DNA from: Clostridia bacterium | GTDB lineage: Bacteria; Bacillota; Clostridia; Christensenellales; UBA1242 | Direction: 5' to 3' | Assembly: GCA_017478185.1 (NCBI GenBank) | Contig: JAFVEA010000009.1 | Span: 133,264-197,263 of the forward strand | DNA length: 64,000 bases | In this document: in pieces, positions 34,920 through 44,489 of the stretch | How the letters are laid out: each line of letters opens with the position of its first letter | Position numbering within the stretch: the stretch's first letter is position 1 | Translations under genes and position numbers: made by a program | The notes under the pieces: generated by a model | What the model was told of the DNA's origin: nothing | Seen by the model: the letters and a program-made list of their open reading frames with translations, nothing else | Databases searched by the model: none

Positions 34920-36014
34920 TCACACATTAAATTTAAACAGCATGATGTCGCCATCTTCAACAACATAGTCTTTGCCCTCAAGCCTAACTTTTCCTTGTTC
35001 TTTTGCGATATTATAATTTTTTGCATCAAGAAGGTCTTGATATTTCACAACTTCGGCTTTTATAAATCCTTTTTCAAAGTCGGTGTGAATAACTCCCGCA
35101 GCTTGTGGCGCTTTTGTTCCTTTTGTTATTGTCCACGCACGCACTTCTTTTTCACCAGCAGTTAAAAAACTGATTAGCCCTAAAAGGCTATAGCTGGCTT
35201 TAATTAGCCTTGGAAGTCCAAGTTCTTTTATGCCAAATTCTTGTTTAAATTCTTCAAGTTCATCACCTTCAAGTGAGGAGAGTTCTTCTTCAACCTGAGC
35301 GCAAAGTTCAATAACTTTTGCGTTTTCTTTTGATGCAACCTCTCTTACTTGTGAAACAAATTCATCAGTCAAAGTTTTGTCAATTTGCTCAAGTGAAATG
35401 TTGCAAACATAAATAACAGGTTTTGAAGTTAACAAAAAGCAGTCTTTTACAATTTTTTTGTCATCATCATTGAGTTTTAAGGTTCTAGCGGGGTTTCCGC
35501 TGGAGAGGTGAGTTTTCAGTTGTTGCAAAATCTCCAACTCGTGATATGCATTTTTATCACCAGACCTTGCTTGCTTTTCAATTTTTGGTATTCTTTTTTC
35601 CAGGGTTTCAAGGTCAGCTAAAATTAGTTCAACATTTATTGTTTCAATATCTCTTTTTGGGTTAACACTTCCTTCAACATGAATAATGTTTCCGTCTTTA
35701 AAACATCTAACAACATGGCAAATAGCATCAACTTCACGAATATGGCTTAAAAATTTGTTTCCAAGCCCTTCACCTTGGCTTGCTCCCTTAACAAGACCAG
35801 CAATATCAACAAATTCAATGCTTGCTGGCGTTATTTTTTGAGTGTTATATAATTCTGCCAATTTTATTAGCCTTTCATCTGGCACATTAACCATTCCAAC
35901 ATTTGGTTCTATTGTGCAAAAAGGATAGTTTGCACTTTGAGCACCCGCTTTTGTTAAAGCGTTAAAAAGTGTGCTTTTTCCAACATTGGGCAATCCAACA
36001 ACTCCTAATTTCAT
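34920..36014 (-). CDS. ychF: Ribosome-binding ATPase YchF
   Basis: MKLGVVGLPNVGKSTLFNALT, NYPFCTIEPN and a C-terminal TGS-like domain are present. ATG 36014 lies 6 nt after GAGG; the track's TTG 36017 is one codon upstream. Confidence 0.95.
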   Translation of the reverse strand: MKLGVVGLPNVGKSTLFNALTKAGAQSANYPFCTIEPNVGMVNVPDERLIKLAELYNTQKITPASIEFVDIAGLVKGASQGEGLGNKFLSHIREVDAICHVVRCFKDGNIIHVEGSVNPKRDIETINVELILADLETLEKRIPKIEKQARSGDKNAYHELEILQQLKTHLSSGNPARTLKLNDDDKKIVKDCFLLTSKPVIYVCNISLEQIDKTLTDEFVSQVREVASKENAKVIELCAQVEEELSSLEGDELEEFKQEFGIKELGLPRLIKASYSLLGLISFLTAGEKEVRAWTITKGTKAPQAAGVIHTDFEKGFIKAEVVKYQDLLDAKNYNIAKEQGKVRLEGKDYVVEDGDIMLFKFNV

Positions 36015-36144
36015 CAAAAACCTCGAAATAATTTATTTTATACTTAAATTATAATTTAGTTTAAATTTTTTGTCTAGCAAAATTAAACTAATTTTGTTTT
36101 TTGTGTGTATTTTTATATTTGTTTTTAAAATTTTATGTTTTCTA

Positions 36145-36173
36145 TCGACATTTTTTTATGTTTATGATATAAT
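36145..36173 (+). promoter_or_regulatory. Sigma-A-type promoter with extended -10 for the helD-like gene
   Basis: TCGACA, 17-nt spacer, TATAAT, with TGa directly upstream of the -10. Confidence 0.45.
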
Positions 36174-36197
36174 AAGTTAATTGTTTAGGAGAAAATT

Positions 36198-38210
36198 ATG
36201 GATAATAAAGAATTTAAACAAGAAAAAGAATATTTGGCAAAAACCATTGGCGCCATTGACGGCAAAATTTATGAACTGAATGACAATGTTCAAAAACAAA
36301 AAGAATGGGCACTAGAGCTTAAAAAGCAATATATTCGTGATTTAAGAGAATATGACCAATATGAGTTTGCAGACAACTATAACAAGCTTAATGAAATTAT
36401 GGATTTCACCGATGAACAAATAGCTCAAATAAACAGGCTTAAAGACATTAGAGAAAAGCCATATTTTGGACGAGTGGACTTTAAAGTTTTTGGCGAAGAA
36501 GAAAAGCTAAAACTATATATTGGCCTTATGAGCATAACAGACAAAAATGGGCTTTATGTTGTTGACTGGCGAGCTCCAGTTAGCGAACTTTTTTATGAGT
36601 CCGGAAAAGGCATGGCAAGTTATGAGGCCCCAGATGGAACGGTTGAAGGCGAAATAACTCTTAAAAGGCAATATGACATAGAAAACAGCACACTGCTTGA
36701 ATATTACGATGTTGATGTCAATCTTTTTGATGAATATTTGCAAAAAGTGCTTGCAAAAACAAAAGGCGATAAGCTTCAAAACATTGCCAGCACAATTCAA
36801 GAAGAGCAAAACAAAATTATAAGAAACCTTAAAGATGATGTTTTGGTTGTTCAAGGTTATGCTGGGTGCGGAAAAACCACCATAGCACTTCATCACATTG
36901 CTTATGCTTTGTATAGGCTTAAAAACCTTAAATCTTCTAGCGTTTTGTTCTTTTCTCCAAATGAAGCATTTTTAACTTATATCGGAAAAGTTCTTCCAGA
37001 TTTGGGAGAAGAAAACACCAGAAATGCAACTTTCCCTAAATTTATTAAAAGGCTACTTAAAACAAACACTCCAGTAGAATCTTCTGATGAGTTTGTTAAC
37101 CGCTACACATTTTTAAAAGATAAAAAGCAAATTGATGAAAAATTAAAGTTTTCAATGCGTGAAAAAATGCAAAAGTGGCTGGAGGAGAGAGGCAAAAATT
37201 TAAGTTTTGTTTGTGATGTTGTTGTTGAAGACAAAACTTATGAAAAAGAAAAGTTAAATGAAATGCTTCAAAATGACTTCAAGCACGCAAAATATAGAGA
37301 AAAACTTTTTATGGTTTGTGAATATATTTATAAGCAAACAAAATCAGAAGATATGGGCAAAAAAGAATTTATCTTAAATGAGATAACCCAAAGTGTTAAC
37401 CAAAAATGCAGATTATTTGAACTGTATGATGACTTTTTAACTGATTTTGGCTATCAAAAACTTGATATAGACAATCCAATTTATTTTGAAGATGCAGTTT
37501 TATTGTGCGTTTTAAAAGAATTAACTCAAAACATAATAATTAGAATGGACATAAAGCACGTTGTTTTGGATGAAGCCCAAGACTATCCGCTTTTGTTTAT
37601 AGACTTTTTGCTTAGAATTTATAGGCACGCAAGCTTTTCAATTTTTGGGGACATAAACCAAAAAACAGTTCCAGGGGAGCTGGACAGCTTAAAAGACATA
37701 ACAACACTAGAACTTGCGCAAAACAGATTTAGCTTTGTTGAGCTAGACAAAACTTATAGGAGCAGTGAAGAAATTGTTGAGTATTCGTCATCTCTTGTTG
37801 GCAACCCAAGGCACAACGCTTTTAGGCTTAAAAATGGCGAACCAGTTTTGGAACAACAATTAGAAAAAACACTAACTGGAATTAAAAAGCAATTAGAAAA
37901 TATTTTAGAAAAAGTTGATTACAAAAAGAATTCTGTGGGAATTATCACTGGCGACACACAAACGGCAAAAGAAGTGTTTGAAATTCTTGCCCAAAACAAA
38001 ACTGAACAAGAAATCTCTTTAATTAAAAATGCTTATTCAGTTGCGGGAACAAACATTCAAGTTGTTCCCATAAGCCTTTCAAAAGGGCTAGAGTTTGACA
38101 CTGTTGTGTTAATTGAAAAAGGCAAACTTTTTGAACATTCTGGCAAAAACAAGTTTTTATATATTGGTGCAACTCGTGCGATAAACAGACTTTTTGTTCT
38201 TAAAAAATAA
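36198..38210 (+). CDS. helD: HelD-like UvrD/Rep-family helicase (helicase IV-type, RNA polymerase-associated)
   Basis: N-terminal coiled coil then PYFGRVDF, Walker A GYAGCGKTT, VVLDEAQDY, KGLEFDTVVL and YIGATRAINRL. Confidence 0.85.
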   Translation: MDNKEFKQEKEYLAKTIGAIDGKIYELNDNVQKQKEWALELKKQYIRDLREYDQYEFADNYNKLNEIMDFTDEQIAQINRLKDIREKPYFGRVDFKVFGEEEKLKLYIGLMSITDKNGLYVVDWRAPVSELFYESGKGMASYEAPDGTVEGEITLKRQYDIENSTLLEYYDVDVNLFDEYLQKVLAKTKGDKLQNIASTIQEEQNKIIRNLKDDVLVVQGYAGCGKTTIALHHIAYALYRLKNLKSSSVLFFSPNEAFLTYIGKVLPDLGEENTRNATFPKFIKRLLKTNTPVESSDEFVNRYTFLKDKKQIDEKLKFSMREKMQKWLEERGKNLSFVCDVVVEDKTYEKEKLNEMLQNDFKHAKYREKLFMVCEYIYKQTKSEDMGKKEFILNEITQSVNQKCRLFELYDDFLTDFGYQKLDIDNPIYFEDAVLLCVLKELTQNIIIRMDIKHVVLDEAQDYPLLFIDFLLRIYRHASFSIFGDINQKTVPGELDSLKDITTLELAQNRFSFVELDKTYRSSEEIVEYSSSLVGNPRHNAFRLKNGEPVLEQQLEKTLTGIKKQLENILEKVDYKKNSVGIITGDTQTAKEVFEILAQNKTEQEISLIKNAYSVAGTNIQVVPISLSKGLEFDTVVLIEKGKLFEHSGKNKFLYIGATRAINRLFVLKK

Positions 38211-38237
38211 CTTTTAAAAGTTAAATAAAAAAACAAA

Positions 38238-38267
38238 AAAAGAGGTGAAAAAATTCATCTCTTTTTT
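38238..38267. terminator. Bidirectional rho-independent terminator
   Basis: agaggtgaa-aaaa-ttcatctct (one G-U pair), flanked by an A-run and a T-run. Confidence 0.7.
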
Positions 38268-38278
38268 AGACTTCTTTA

Positions 38279-38659
38279 TTATTGTCCAAATGCTTGTGTG
38301 TTTTTTGGATATTTTTCATCCATAACTTTTGCAACTTCACTCAAGCCATTCTGACTCAATTTTTCAATTTCGTTACGCATTCTTGCGTGGTAGTCGGCTG
38401 GAGTTTTGTCTGGACTTACAATTTTTTCTTTCGCTTTTTTAACAACGATATTTTCTATAAATTCTTTTGTTTTTGGCAATTGTGGGTCAAACATAAGGAA
38501 TGTTGACACGGTGTTTCCTTCTTTATCGGGTCCAGAAAGAACCATTCCTTCGTTCCAAACTCCGCCAAGACCTGCTCCTTTTTCAATAAGCTCAATTGTA
38601 TATCTCATTGTTTCTTTGCTAACATTATATTGTTTTTGTTTATTTTCTTGATTCATCAT
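38279..38659 (-). CDS. Hypothetical protein (126 aa)
   Basis: RBS AAGGAG lies 5 nt upstream of the ATG. No family recognised. Confidence 0.65.
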   Translation of the reverse strand: MMNQENKQKQYNVSKETMRYTIELIEKGAGLGGVWNEGMVLSGPDKEGNTVSTFLMFDPQLPKTKEFIENIVVKKAKEKIVSPDKTPADYHARMRNEIEKLSQNGLSEVAKVMDEKYPKNTQAFGQ

Positions 38660-38720
38660 TAAGTCTCCTTTTTATGTAGGCATTATAACACATTTTTTTC
38701 ACATTGTAAATAGATTTTGA

Positions 38721-40241
38721 CTAATTTTCATCAATATCAAAAATATCTGGGATATCTTCCTCACTTGGAATAAACTCATCTTCTTGAGGAGGAGCCAAGT
38801 TTTTGTATGCTTCATCAGCAAGCTCTCCCATAGCCTTTTCAAGCTCTTCAGTGTTTGGAGCTTCTTTTGGCATAGAGTGCTCTAGGCTTGCCATATTTGA
38901 GTCTTTGCCCAAATCGTGGAATGTGGTGATGTCACCTTTCCAAAACAGTGGAACATCTCCCATAGGTCCGTTTCTGTGTTTAGCGATAGATAAGGTCATA
39001 ACGCAATCACGCTGAGATTGAGCTTCTTCGCCGTCTGGTTTGTTTATGAACATAACAATATCGGCATCTTGTTCAATAGAACCACTTTCACGAAGGTCAG
39101 AAAGCATAAGGCGAGAGTTTTCTCCTTTTTTTGACCTTGATTCAACCGAACGGTTAACCTGACTTAACGCCAAAACTGGAACATTTAACTCTTTTGCCAA
39201 AAGTTTCATACTTCTAGAAATTTCAGCAACTTCATTTTGTCTGCTTTCCACCTTTTTTCCAGTTGTCATCAATTGCAAATAGTCCACCATAACAAAATCT
39301 AAGCCTTGTTCTCGTTGGATTCTTCGGCACTTGCTGATAATTGCTCCGGGGGTGTTCATACTTGAGTCGTCAATAAATATTTTTGCATCGTTCATCTTTT
39401 TAACTGTTTCAAAAAGTTTTCGCCATTCTTTTTCATCAAGTTGAGCCCTTAGAGCCTTTTCCATAGAAACTTTTGAGGCAGAGCACAACGCTCTTTGAGC
39501 TAGCTGAATTTTTGGCATTTCAAGTGAAAAAACCGCACAGCTTTTATGCTCTTCTAAAGCCATATGCAAAACAATGTTCATAGCAAGAGATGTTTTTCCA
39601 ACACCAGGGCGGGCAGCAAGCAAAATGAGGTCACTGTTTTGAAAACCGTTTGTAAGCCTATCAAGCCCGGCAAAACCGGTTGGAATTCCTTGCAAAGCAT
39701 CTGGGTCTTTAACAAGTTTGTTAAACTTTTCCATAACATCAGCAAGGCTATCTTTTATGTGCTCAAGCTTTCCGCTGTTGTTGTTTTCAGAAATTCCATA
39801 AATTTCACTCTCAGCATAAGCCAAAGCATCTTCTGCATTTTCGTTTTCATAAACTCTGTCAATAATTTTTTGGCTAGAAGAGATGAGTTTTCTTAAAATT
39901 GCAGCTCTTTTAACAATTTGCATATATTCTTTAAAATTCGCCGCACTTGGAACAATGTTTGTTAGCATTGAAATATAACTTATTCCGCCCACACTTTCTA
40001 AAAGTCCTTGGCGTTCAAGTTCATCAGGGAGGCTTACATAATCAATGTTTTTTGCAGCTTTAAAAAGGTTTTGCATACAAGAAAAAATGCTTTTATGTGA
40101 ATCGGTGTAAAAGTCATCTTCTCTCATATCATTTAAAATTGTTACAGGAGCGTCATCGTCAATCAAAACACATCCCAAAACTGCTTGTTCAGCTTCCAAA
40201 CTGTGTGGAAGTTTTCTTGCTCCAACTTCTTGTTTTGCCAT
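38721..40241 (-). CDS. dnaB: Replicative DNA helicase DnaB with a ~60-aa acidic C-terminal extension
   Basis: LPHSLEAEQAVLGCVLID, Walker A ARPGVGKTSLAMN and SGSIEQDADIVMF. The tail ends ...EEDIPDIFDIDEN. Confidence 0.95.
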   Translation of the reverse strand: MAKQEVGARKLPHSLEAEQAVLGCVLIDDDAPVTILNDMREDDFYTDSHKSIFSCMQNLFKAAKNIDYVSLPDELERQGLLESVGGISYISMLTNIVPSAANFKEYMQIVKRAAILRKLISSSQKIIDRVYENENAEDALAYAESEIYGISENNNSGKLEHIKDSLADVMEKFNKLVKDPDALQGIPTGFAGLDRLTNGFQNSDLILLAARPGVGKTSLAMNIVLHMALEEHKSCAVFSLEMPKIQLAQRALCSASKVSMEKALRAQLDEKEWRKLFETVKKMNDAKIFIDDSSMNTPGAIISKCRRIQREQGLDFVMVDYLQLMTTGKKVESRQNEVAEISRSMKLLAKELNVPVLALSQVNRSVESRSKKGENSRLMLSDLRESGSIEQDADIVMFINKPDGEEAQSQRDCVMTLSIAKHRNGPMGDVPLFWKGDITTFHDLGKDSNMASLEHSMPKEAPNTEELEKAMGELADEAYKNLAPPQEDEFIPSEEDIPDIFDIDEN

Positions 40242-40260
40242 TTTAAACTCCTTTTATCTT

Positions 40261-40650
40261 TTATTTCTTTTTACGTTTTTTGGGTTTATTGTTTGTGTAA
40301 TTTCTTTTTTGTTTTTGAATAATTTTTTTAGGTTTTTGCTCTTCCAAAATTCTTTGCTCTTGCTCTTCTTGTTCTCTTTTTTGTTTTTCTTCTTCTAACT
40401 CTTGTTTTCTTTGCAATTCTTTTTTATGCAAAAATTCAACACGCTTTTTGGTTATATAATTTTTTCGTTTTTGATAAAGAATCAAAAAAAGAACATAAAA
40501 CAAAGCAATTAGGGCGCAGTCAATAACAATAATCCAAGCTGAACTTAATCCCCTTAACAAAAAGATATCCACAACAAAAACAATTGGCACTGATATTAAA
40601 AGTGATAAACCATATTTTTTTATAATGGTTGATATTTCTTTTCTTGTCAT
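40261..40650 (-). CDS. Small membrane protein (two TM segments) with a Lys/Glu/Gln-rich tail
   Basis: RBS AGGAG. Two hydrophobic segments are followed by KKELQRKQELEEEKQKREQEEQEQR...KKRKKK. Confidence 0.65.
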   Translation of the reverse strand: MTRKEISTIIKKYGLSLLISVPIVFVVDIFLLRGLSSAWIIVIDCALIALFYVLFLILYQKRKNYITKKRVEFLHKKELQRKQELEEEKQKREQEEQEQRILEEQKPKKIIQKQKRNYTNNKPKKRKKK

Positions 40651-40774
40651 AAAAGCTCCTATTTTTTGTATTGTATCATAATAATAATTTTTTTTCCATA
40701 TTTTTTTAAAGATTTTTTAAAAAACTTTTAATTTCTAAATTTAGCAACATCAAAAACATTATAAATTAAATATC

Positions 40775-40803
40775 TTGACTTTGTTGAGTTTTTTAGGTAA
40801 AAT
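40775..40803 (+). promoter_or_regulatory. Sigma-A-type promoter of the lysS-serS operon
   Basis: TTGACT, 17-nt spacer, TAAAAT. The leader is only ~25-30 nt, which leaves no room for a T-box. Confidence 0.5.
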
Positions 40804-40835
40804 TATTTAATAAAAACATATAAGGAGAAAAAGTT

Positions 40836-42389
40836 ATGCACTGGGCAGATGAAATTGCACAAACACTTATAAAAAAACACCCAAACACACAAGTTTTCAC
40901 TTGTGCATGTGGAATTAGTCCATCGGGGGTTGTTCACATAGGAAATTTTAGAGAAATTATAACAGCTTATTTTGTTGGAAAAGGCTTAAAAGATTTAGGA
41001 AAAGATGTTAGATTTATTTATTCTTGGGATTCATTTGACAGATTAAGGAAAATTGCAAAGGGCATACCTCTTGATGAAAAATATATTGGAATGCCATACA
41101 GCGAGGTTCCAGACCCATTTGGAACAGAAAAAAGCTATGAAGACCACTTTGAAAAACCTCTTATGGACGCTTTAAAAGAAATTGGAATTGATTGTGAATT
41201 TATTTTTCAATCAAAAGAATATAAAAGCGGAAGATATGTTAAAGGAATTGTTGAATCACTAAAAAAGAGAAAGCAAATTTATGACATTATGATGAAGTTT
41301 AAAACTCAGTCAGCCAGTGATGAGGAAAGAGAAAATTATGTTCCCCTAGAGCTTTATTGCCAAAAATGTGGGCACGATTTCACAAAAATTACAAAAATTT
41401 CTGATGACTCAACAAAACTTGACTATGTTTGCAAATGCGGCAATAGTGGAACAGTTGACGTAACAAAAGACTTTTGCGTTAAACTTGTTTGGAAGGTTGA
41501 TTGGCCAATGCGTTGGAGAGAAGAAGGGGTTATGTTTGAACCGGGTGGAAGAGACCACTCCAGCCAAGGTGGAAGCTATCAAGTTTCAAGTGTTATTGCC
41601 AAAGAAATTTTTGGGATTGAACCTCCAGAATATAGAATGTATGATTTCATAAACCTAAAAGGTCAAACAAAAAAAATAAGTTCCAGCTCAGGAACAGATA
41701 TGTCACCACAAACTCTTTTAAAAGTTTATGAGCCAGCAGTTATGCTTTGGATGTTCACCAGATTTTTGCCAGAAAAAAGTTTTGATATCGCTATGGATAG
41801 TGATGTTCTAAAAACTTATCACGAGTTTGACAGAATGTATGCTCAATATAAATCTGGGCAGTGTGATGAAATGGTTAAAAGGATTATGGAACTTGCTCTT
41901 TCAACAACAACTGAAAAAGATTTTGTTCCGGTTGATGCAAGTTTGATTGCTTCTTTTGCGCCAATAGTTAATTTTGACCTTGACCTTTTGACTGAACTAT
42001 TTAAAAAATTGGGTCAAAACTGGACAAAAGAACAAATAAAGCCACGTTTTGAAAGAATAACTCATTGGCTAAAAACTTATTGTCCAGAGCAAATTGTAAA
42101 TCTTTTGGATAGCAAAAATGATGAGTTTTATAACACATTAAGTGATGAAGAAAAAGGCTGGATAAAAACTTTGAAGAATGAAATTCAAAACAAAAATTTA
42201 AGCCTAGAAGATATGCAGTCGCTTTTGTATGACATTCCAAAACTTAATGGCGAAATGGATAAAGCAAGGCAAAAAAGATTTTTTGAAATTGTTTATAATC
42301 TTTTAATAGGTTTAAACAAGGGCCCAAGACTATATTTGTTTTTAACAGCATTAAACAAAAATGAAATTATAAAATTATTAGATTTTTAA
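40836..42389 (+). CDS. lysS: Lysine--tRNA ligase, class I (archaeal-type)
   Basis: Class I architecture is shown by SPSGVVHIGNFRE (HIGH-type) and KISSSSG (KMSKS-type). Length 517 aa. Confidence 0.9.
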   Translation: MHWADEIAQTLIKKHPNTQVFTCACGISPSGVVHIGNFREIITAYFVGKGLKDLGKDVRFIYSWDSFDRLRKIAKGIPLDEKYIGMPYSEVPDPFGTEKSYEDHFEKPLMDALKEIGIDCEFIFQSKEYKSGRYVKGIVESLKKRKQIYDIMMKFKTQSASDEERENYVPLELYCQKCGHDFTKITKISDDSTKLDYVCKCGNSGTVDVTKDFCVKLVWKVDWPMRWREEGVMFEPGGRDHSSQGGSYQVSSVIAKEIFGIEPPEYRMYDFINLKGQTKKISSSSGTDMSPQTLLKVYEPAVMLWMFTRFLPEKSFDIAMDSDVLKTYHEFDRMYAQYKSGQCDEMVKRIMELALSTTTEKDFVPVDASLIASFAPIVNFDLDLLTELFKKLGQNWTKEQIKPRFERITHWLKTYCPEQIVNLLDSKNDEFYNTLSDEEKGWIKTLKNEIQNKNLSLEDMQSLLYDIPKLNGEMDKARQKRFFEIVYNLLIGLNKGPRLYLFLTALNKNEIIKLLDF

Positions 42390-42401
42390 TAGGAGTTTAA
42401 A

Positions 42402-43685
42402 ATGATTGATATAAATTTAATAAGAACTCAAAAAGATTTGGTTAAAGAAAACATCAAAAAAAAGTTTCAAGATGAAAAACTTAAAATGGTTGATGAAGTT
42501 TTTGATTTTGACATAAAAGCGCGAAGCTTAAAAGCTGAAGTTGAAAATTTAAGAAGTGAACGCAACAAAACAAGTGATAAAATAGGGCTTTTGATGCGTG
42601 AAAAGAAAAAAGATGAAGCTGAAAAAATGAAAAAAGAAGTTTCAAACATCAACGATAAGATAGAAAAAATTGAAAAAGAGCTAGAAAAACTTAACGCCGA
42701 GATAGAAAAGCGTATGCTTGTTATTCCAAACATAATGGACAAAACTGTTCCAATTGGAGAAGATGATTCAAAAAATGTGGAGCTTGAAAAGTTTGGAGAG
42801 CCTTTTGTTCCAGATTATGAAATCCCTTATCACGCAGATATCTGTGAAAAGCTTAATGGGTTAGACAAAGAGTCTGCTGGCAGGACAAGTGGAAACGGAT
42901 TTTATTATTTGGTTGGCGACATAGCAAGGCTTCACGAAGCAATGCTTGCTTATGCCAGAGATTTTATGATAGACAAAGGCTTTGTTTATTGCATTCCTCC
43001 ATTTATGATTCACAGTGATGTGGTAACTGGAGTTATGTCTTTTCCAGAAATGGAAGCTATGATGTATAAAATTGAAGGGGAAGACTTATATTTGATTGGA
43101 ACAAGTGAACACAGTATGATTGGAAGATTTAAAGGTCAAATTCTAAAAGAACAAGAGCTTCCAATAGCGCTCACATCATATTCTCCTTGCTTTAGAAAAG
43201 AAAAGGGAGCACACGGAATTGAAGAGCGTGGGCTTTATCGAGTTCATCAGTTTGAAAAACAAGAAATGGTTGTTTTGTGTAAGCCAGAAGAGGGAATGGA
43301 TTGGTATAACAAAATGCTTTCATACACTGTTGAATTTTTTAGAACTTTGGATGTTCCTGTTCGAACGCTTGAGTGTTGCAGTGGAGATTTGGCAGACCTA
43401 AAAGTTAAGTCTTGTGATGTTGAGGCGTGGAGCCCAAGGCAGAAAAAATACTTTGAGGTTGGTTCTTGTTCAATTTTGGGTGATGCTCAAGCAAGAAGAC
43501 TTCAAATAAGAGCCAAAGGAAAGGATAAAAACTATTTTGTAACAACTTTAAACAACACAGTTGTTGCTTCTCCTCGTGGGCTTATTGGAGTTATTGAAAA
43601 CAATTATAACAAAGATGGAAGCATAAACATTCCAGAAGTGTTACAAAAATATATGGGTGGAAAAACAAAGATTGAAGTCAAATAA
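42402..43685 (+). CDS. serS: Serine--tRNA ligase
   Basis: N-terminal coiled-coil arm, class II motifs (FRKEKGAHG, HQFEKQEM) and a GSCS... C-terminal core. Confidence 0.95.
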   Translation: MIDINLIRTQKDLVKENIKKKFQDEKLKMVDEVFDFDIKARSLKAEVENLRSERNKTSDKIGLLMREKKKDEAEKMKKEVSNINDKIEKIEKELEKLNAEIEKRMLVIPNIMDKTVPIGEDDSKNVELEKFGEPFVPDYEIPYHADICEKLNGLDKESAGRTSGNGFYYLVGDIARLHEAMLAYARDFMIDKGFVYCIPPFMIHSDVVTGVMSFPEMEAMMYKIEGEDLYLIGTSEHSMIGRFKGQILKEQELPIALTSYSPCFRKEKGAHGIEERGLYRVHQFEKQEMVVLCKPEEGMDWYNKMLSYTVEFFRTLDVPVRTLECCSGDLADLKVKSCDVEAWSPRQKKYFEVGSCSILGDAQARRLQIRAKGKDKNYFVTTLNNTVVASPRGLIGVIENNYNKDGSINIPEVLQKYMGGKTKIEVK

Positions 43686-44397
43686 ACAAGAAGAAAACTT
43701 GCATTCAGGGCACTGGAAAAGAGTTAGGAGCAAAGCTCTTTTAAGTGATATTGCAAATTTAACAGATAGAGAAGCCTTAGAGTTACTGCTTCAGTATGTT
43801 TACACAAGAGGCGATTTAAATGACACTTCAGCAAGGCTTATTCAAAAGTTTGGTAGTTTTTCAAAAGTTTTGGATGCCTCTTGCGAAGAACTTATAAAAA
43901 TTGGAAAAGTTTCAGCTGGTGTTGCTGAAAAAATTGCGCTTTTTCCAAAACTATTTAATTATTATAATATTTCAAAAGCAAAAACAAAAGATAATTTTGT
44001 TTTTTGTGTTGCTGATTGCACAAAAATTGCTGAAACTTATTTAAGTGGATTAGAAACCGAAAGGCTTTATGCTTTTTGTATTGGAGCAACTGGAAAGGTT
44101 GTGAAAGAACTTATTTTGGGTGAGGGCGAAAAAGCTCAAGTAAAACTAAAACTTGGTGAAGTGGTGTTAAAAATCTCACAATCAAAATGCACCAATGTTT
44201 TGTTTGCACATAATCATCCTTTGGGCAATCCAAAACCTAGTATGGAAGATTTGGAATTTACCAGAAATATGGTTAACGCACTTTATTTTTTGGGAATAAA
44301 GGTTGTGGACCACATAATAATCGCCCCAAAAGAACACTTTTCTTTTTCAAATGCAAATTTAATGCAAACTTTTTATGATAATGCAAAAAAATTATAA
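43657..44397 (+). CDS. radC: RadC-family JAMM-domain protein
   Basis: The motif HNHPLGNPKPSMEDLEFT is present. The start is uncertain: GTG 43657 overlaps serS, and TTG 43672 or TTG 43699 are alternatives. Confidence 0.85.
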   Translation: MEKQRLKSNKQEENLHSGHWKRVRSKALLSDIANLTDREALELLLQYVYTRGDLNDTSARLIQKFGSFSKVLDASCEELIKIGKVSAGVAEKIALFPKLFNYYNISKAKTKDNFVFCVADCTKIAETYLSGLETERLYAFCIGATGKVVKELILGEGEKAQVKLKLGEVVLKISQSKCTNVLFAHNHPLGNPKPSMEDLEFTRNMVNALYFLGIKVVDHIIIAPKEHFSFSNANLMQTFYDNAKKL

Positions 44398-44407
44398 AAA
44401 CAAAAGG

Positions 44408-44436
44408 TCACTTAAAAGCATTTTAGGTGATTTTTT
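44408..44436 (+). terminator. Rho-independent terminator after radC
   Basis: tcacttaaaa-gca-ttttaggtga followed by T6. Confidence 0.75.
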
Positions 44437-44443
44437 GTTATTG

Positions 44444-44472
44444 TTGCAAAAAATAACAAATTATAGTAAAAT
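44444..44472 (+). promoter_or_regulatory. Sigma-A-type promoter of the U32 peptidase gene
   Basis: TTGCAA, 17-nt spacer, TAAAAT. Confidence 0.5.
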
Positions 44473-44489
44473 TAGTTTGGTGGTGAAAA

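Noticed and set aside
40651-40835. T-box riboswitch upstream of lysS/serS
   Set aside because: The predicted promoter leaves a leader of only ~25-30 nt, and no specifier-loop or T-box sequence could be seen.
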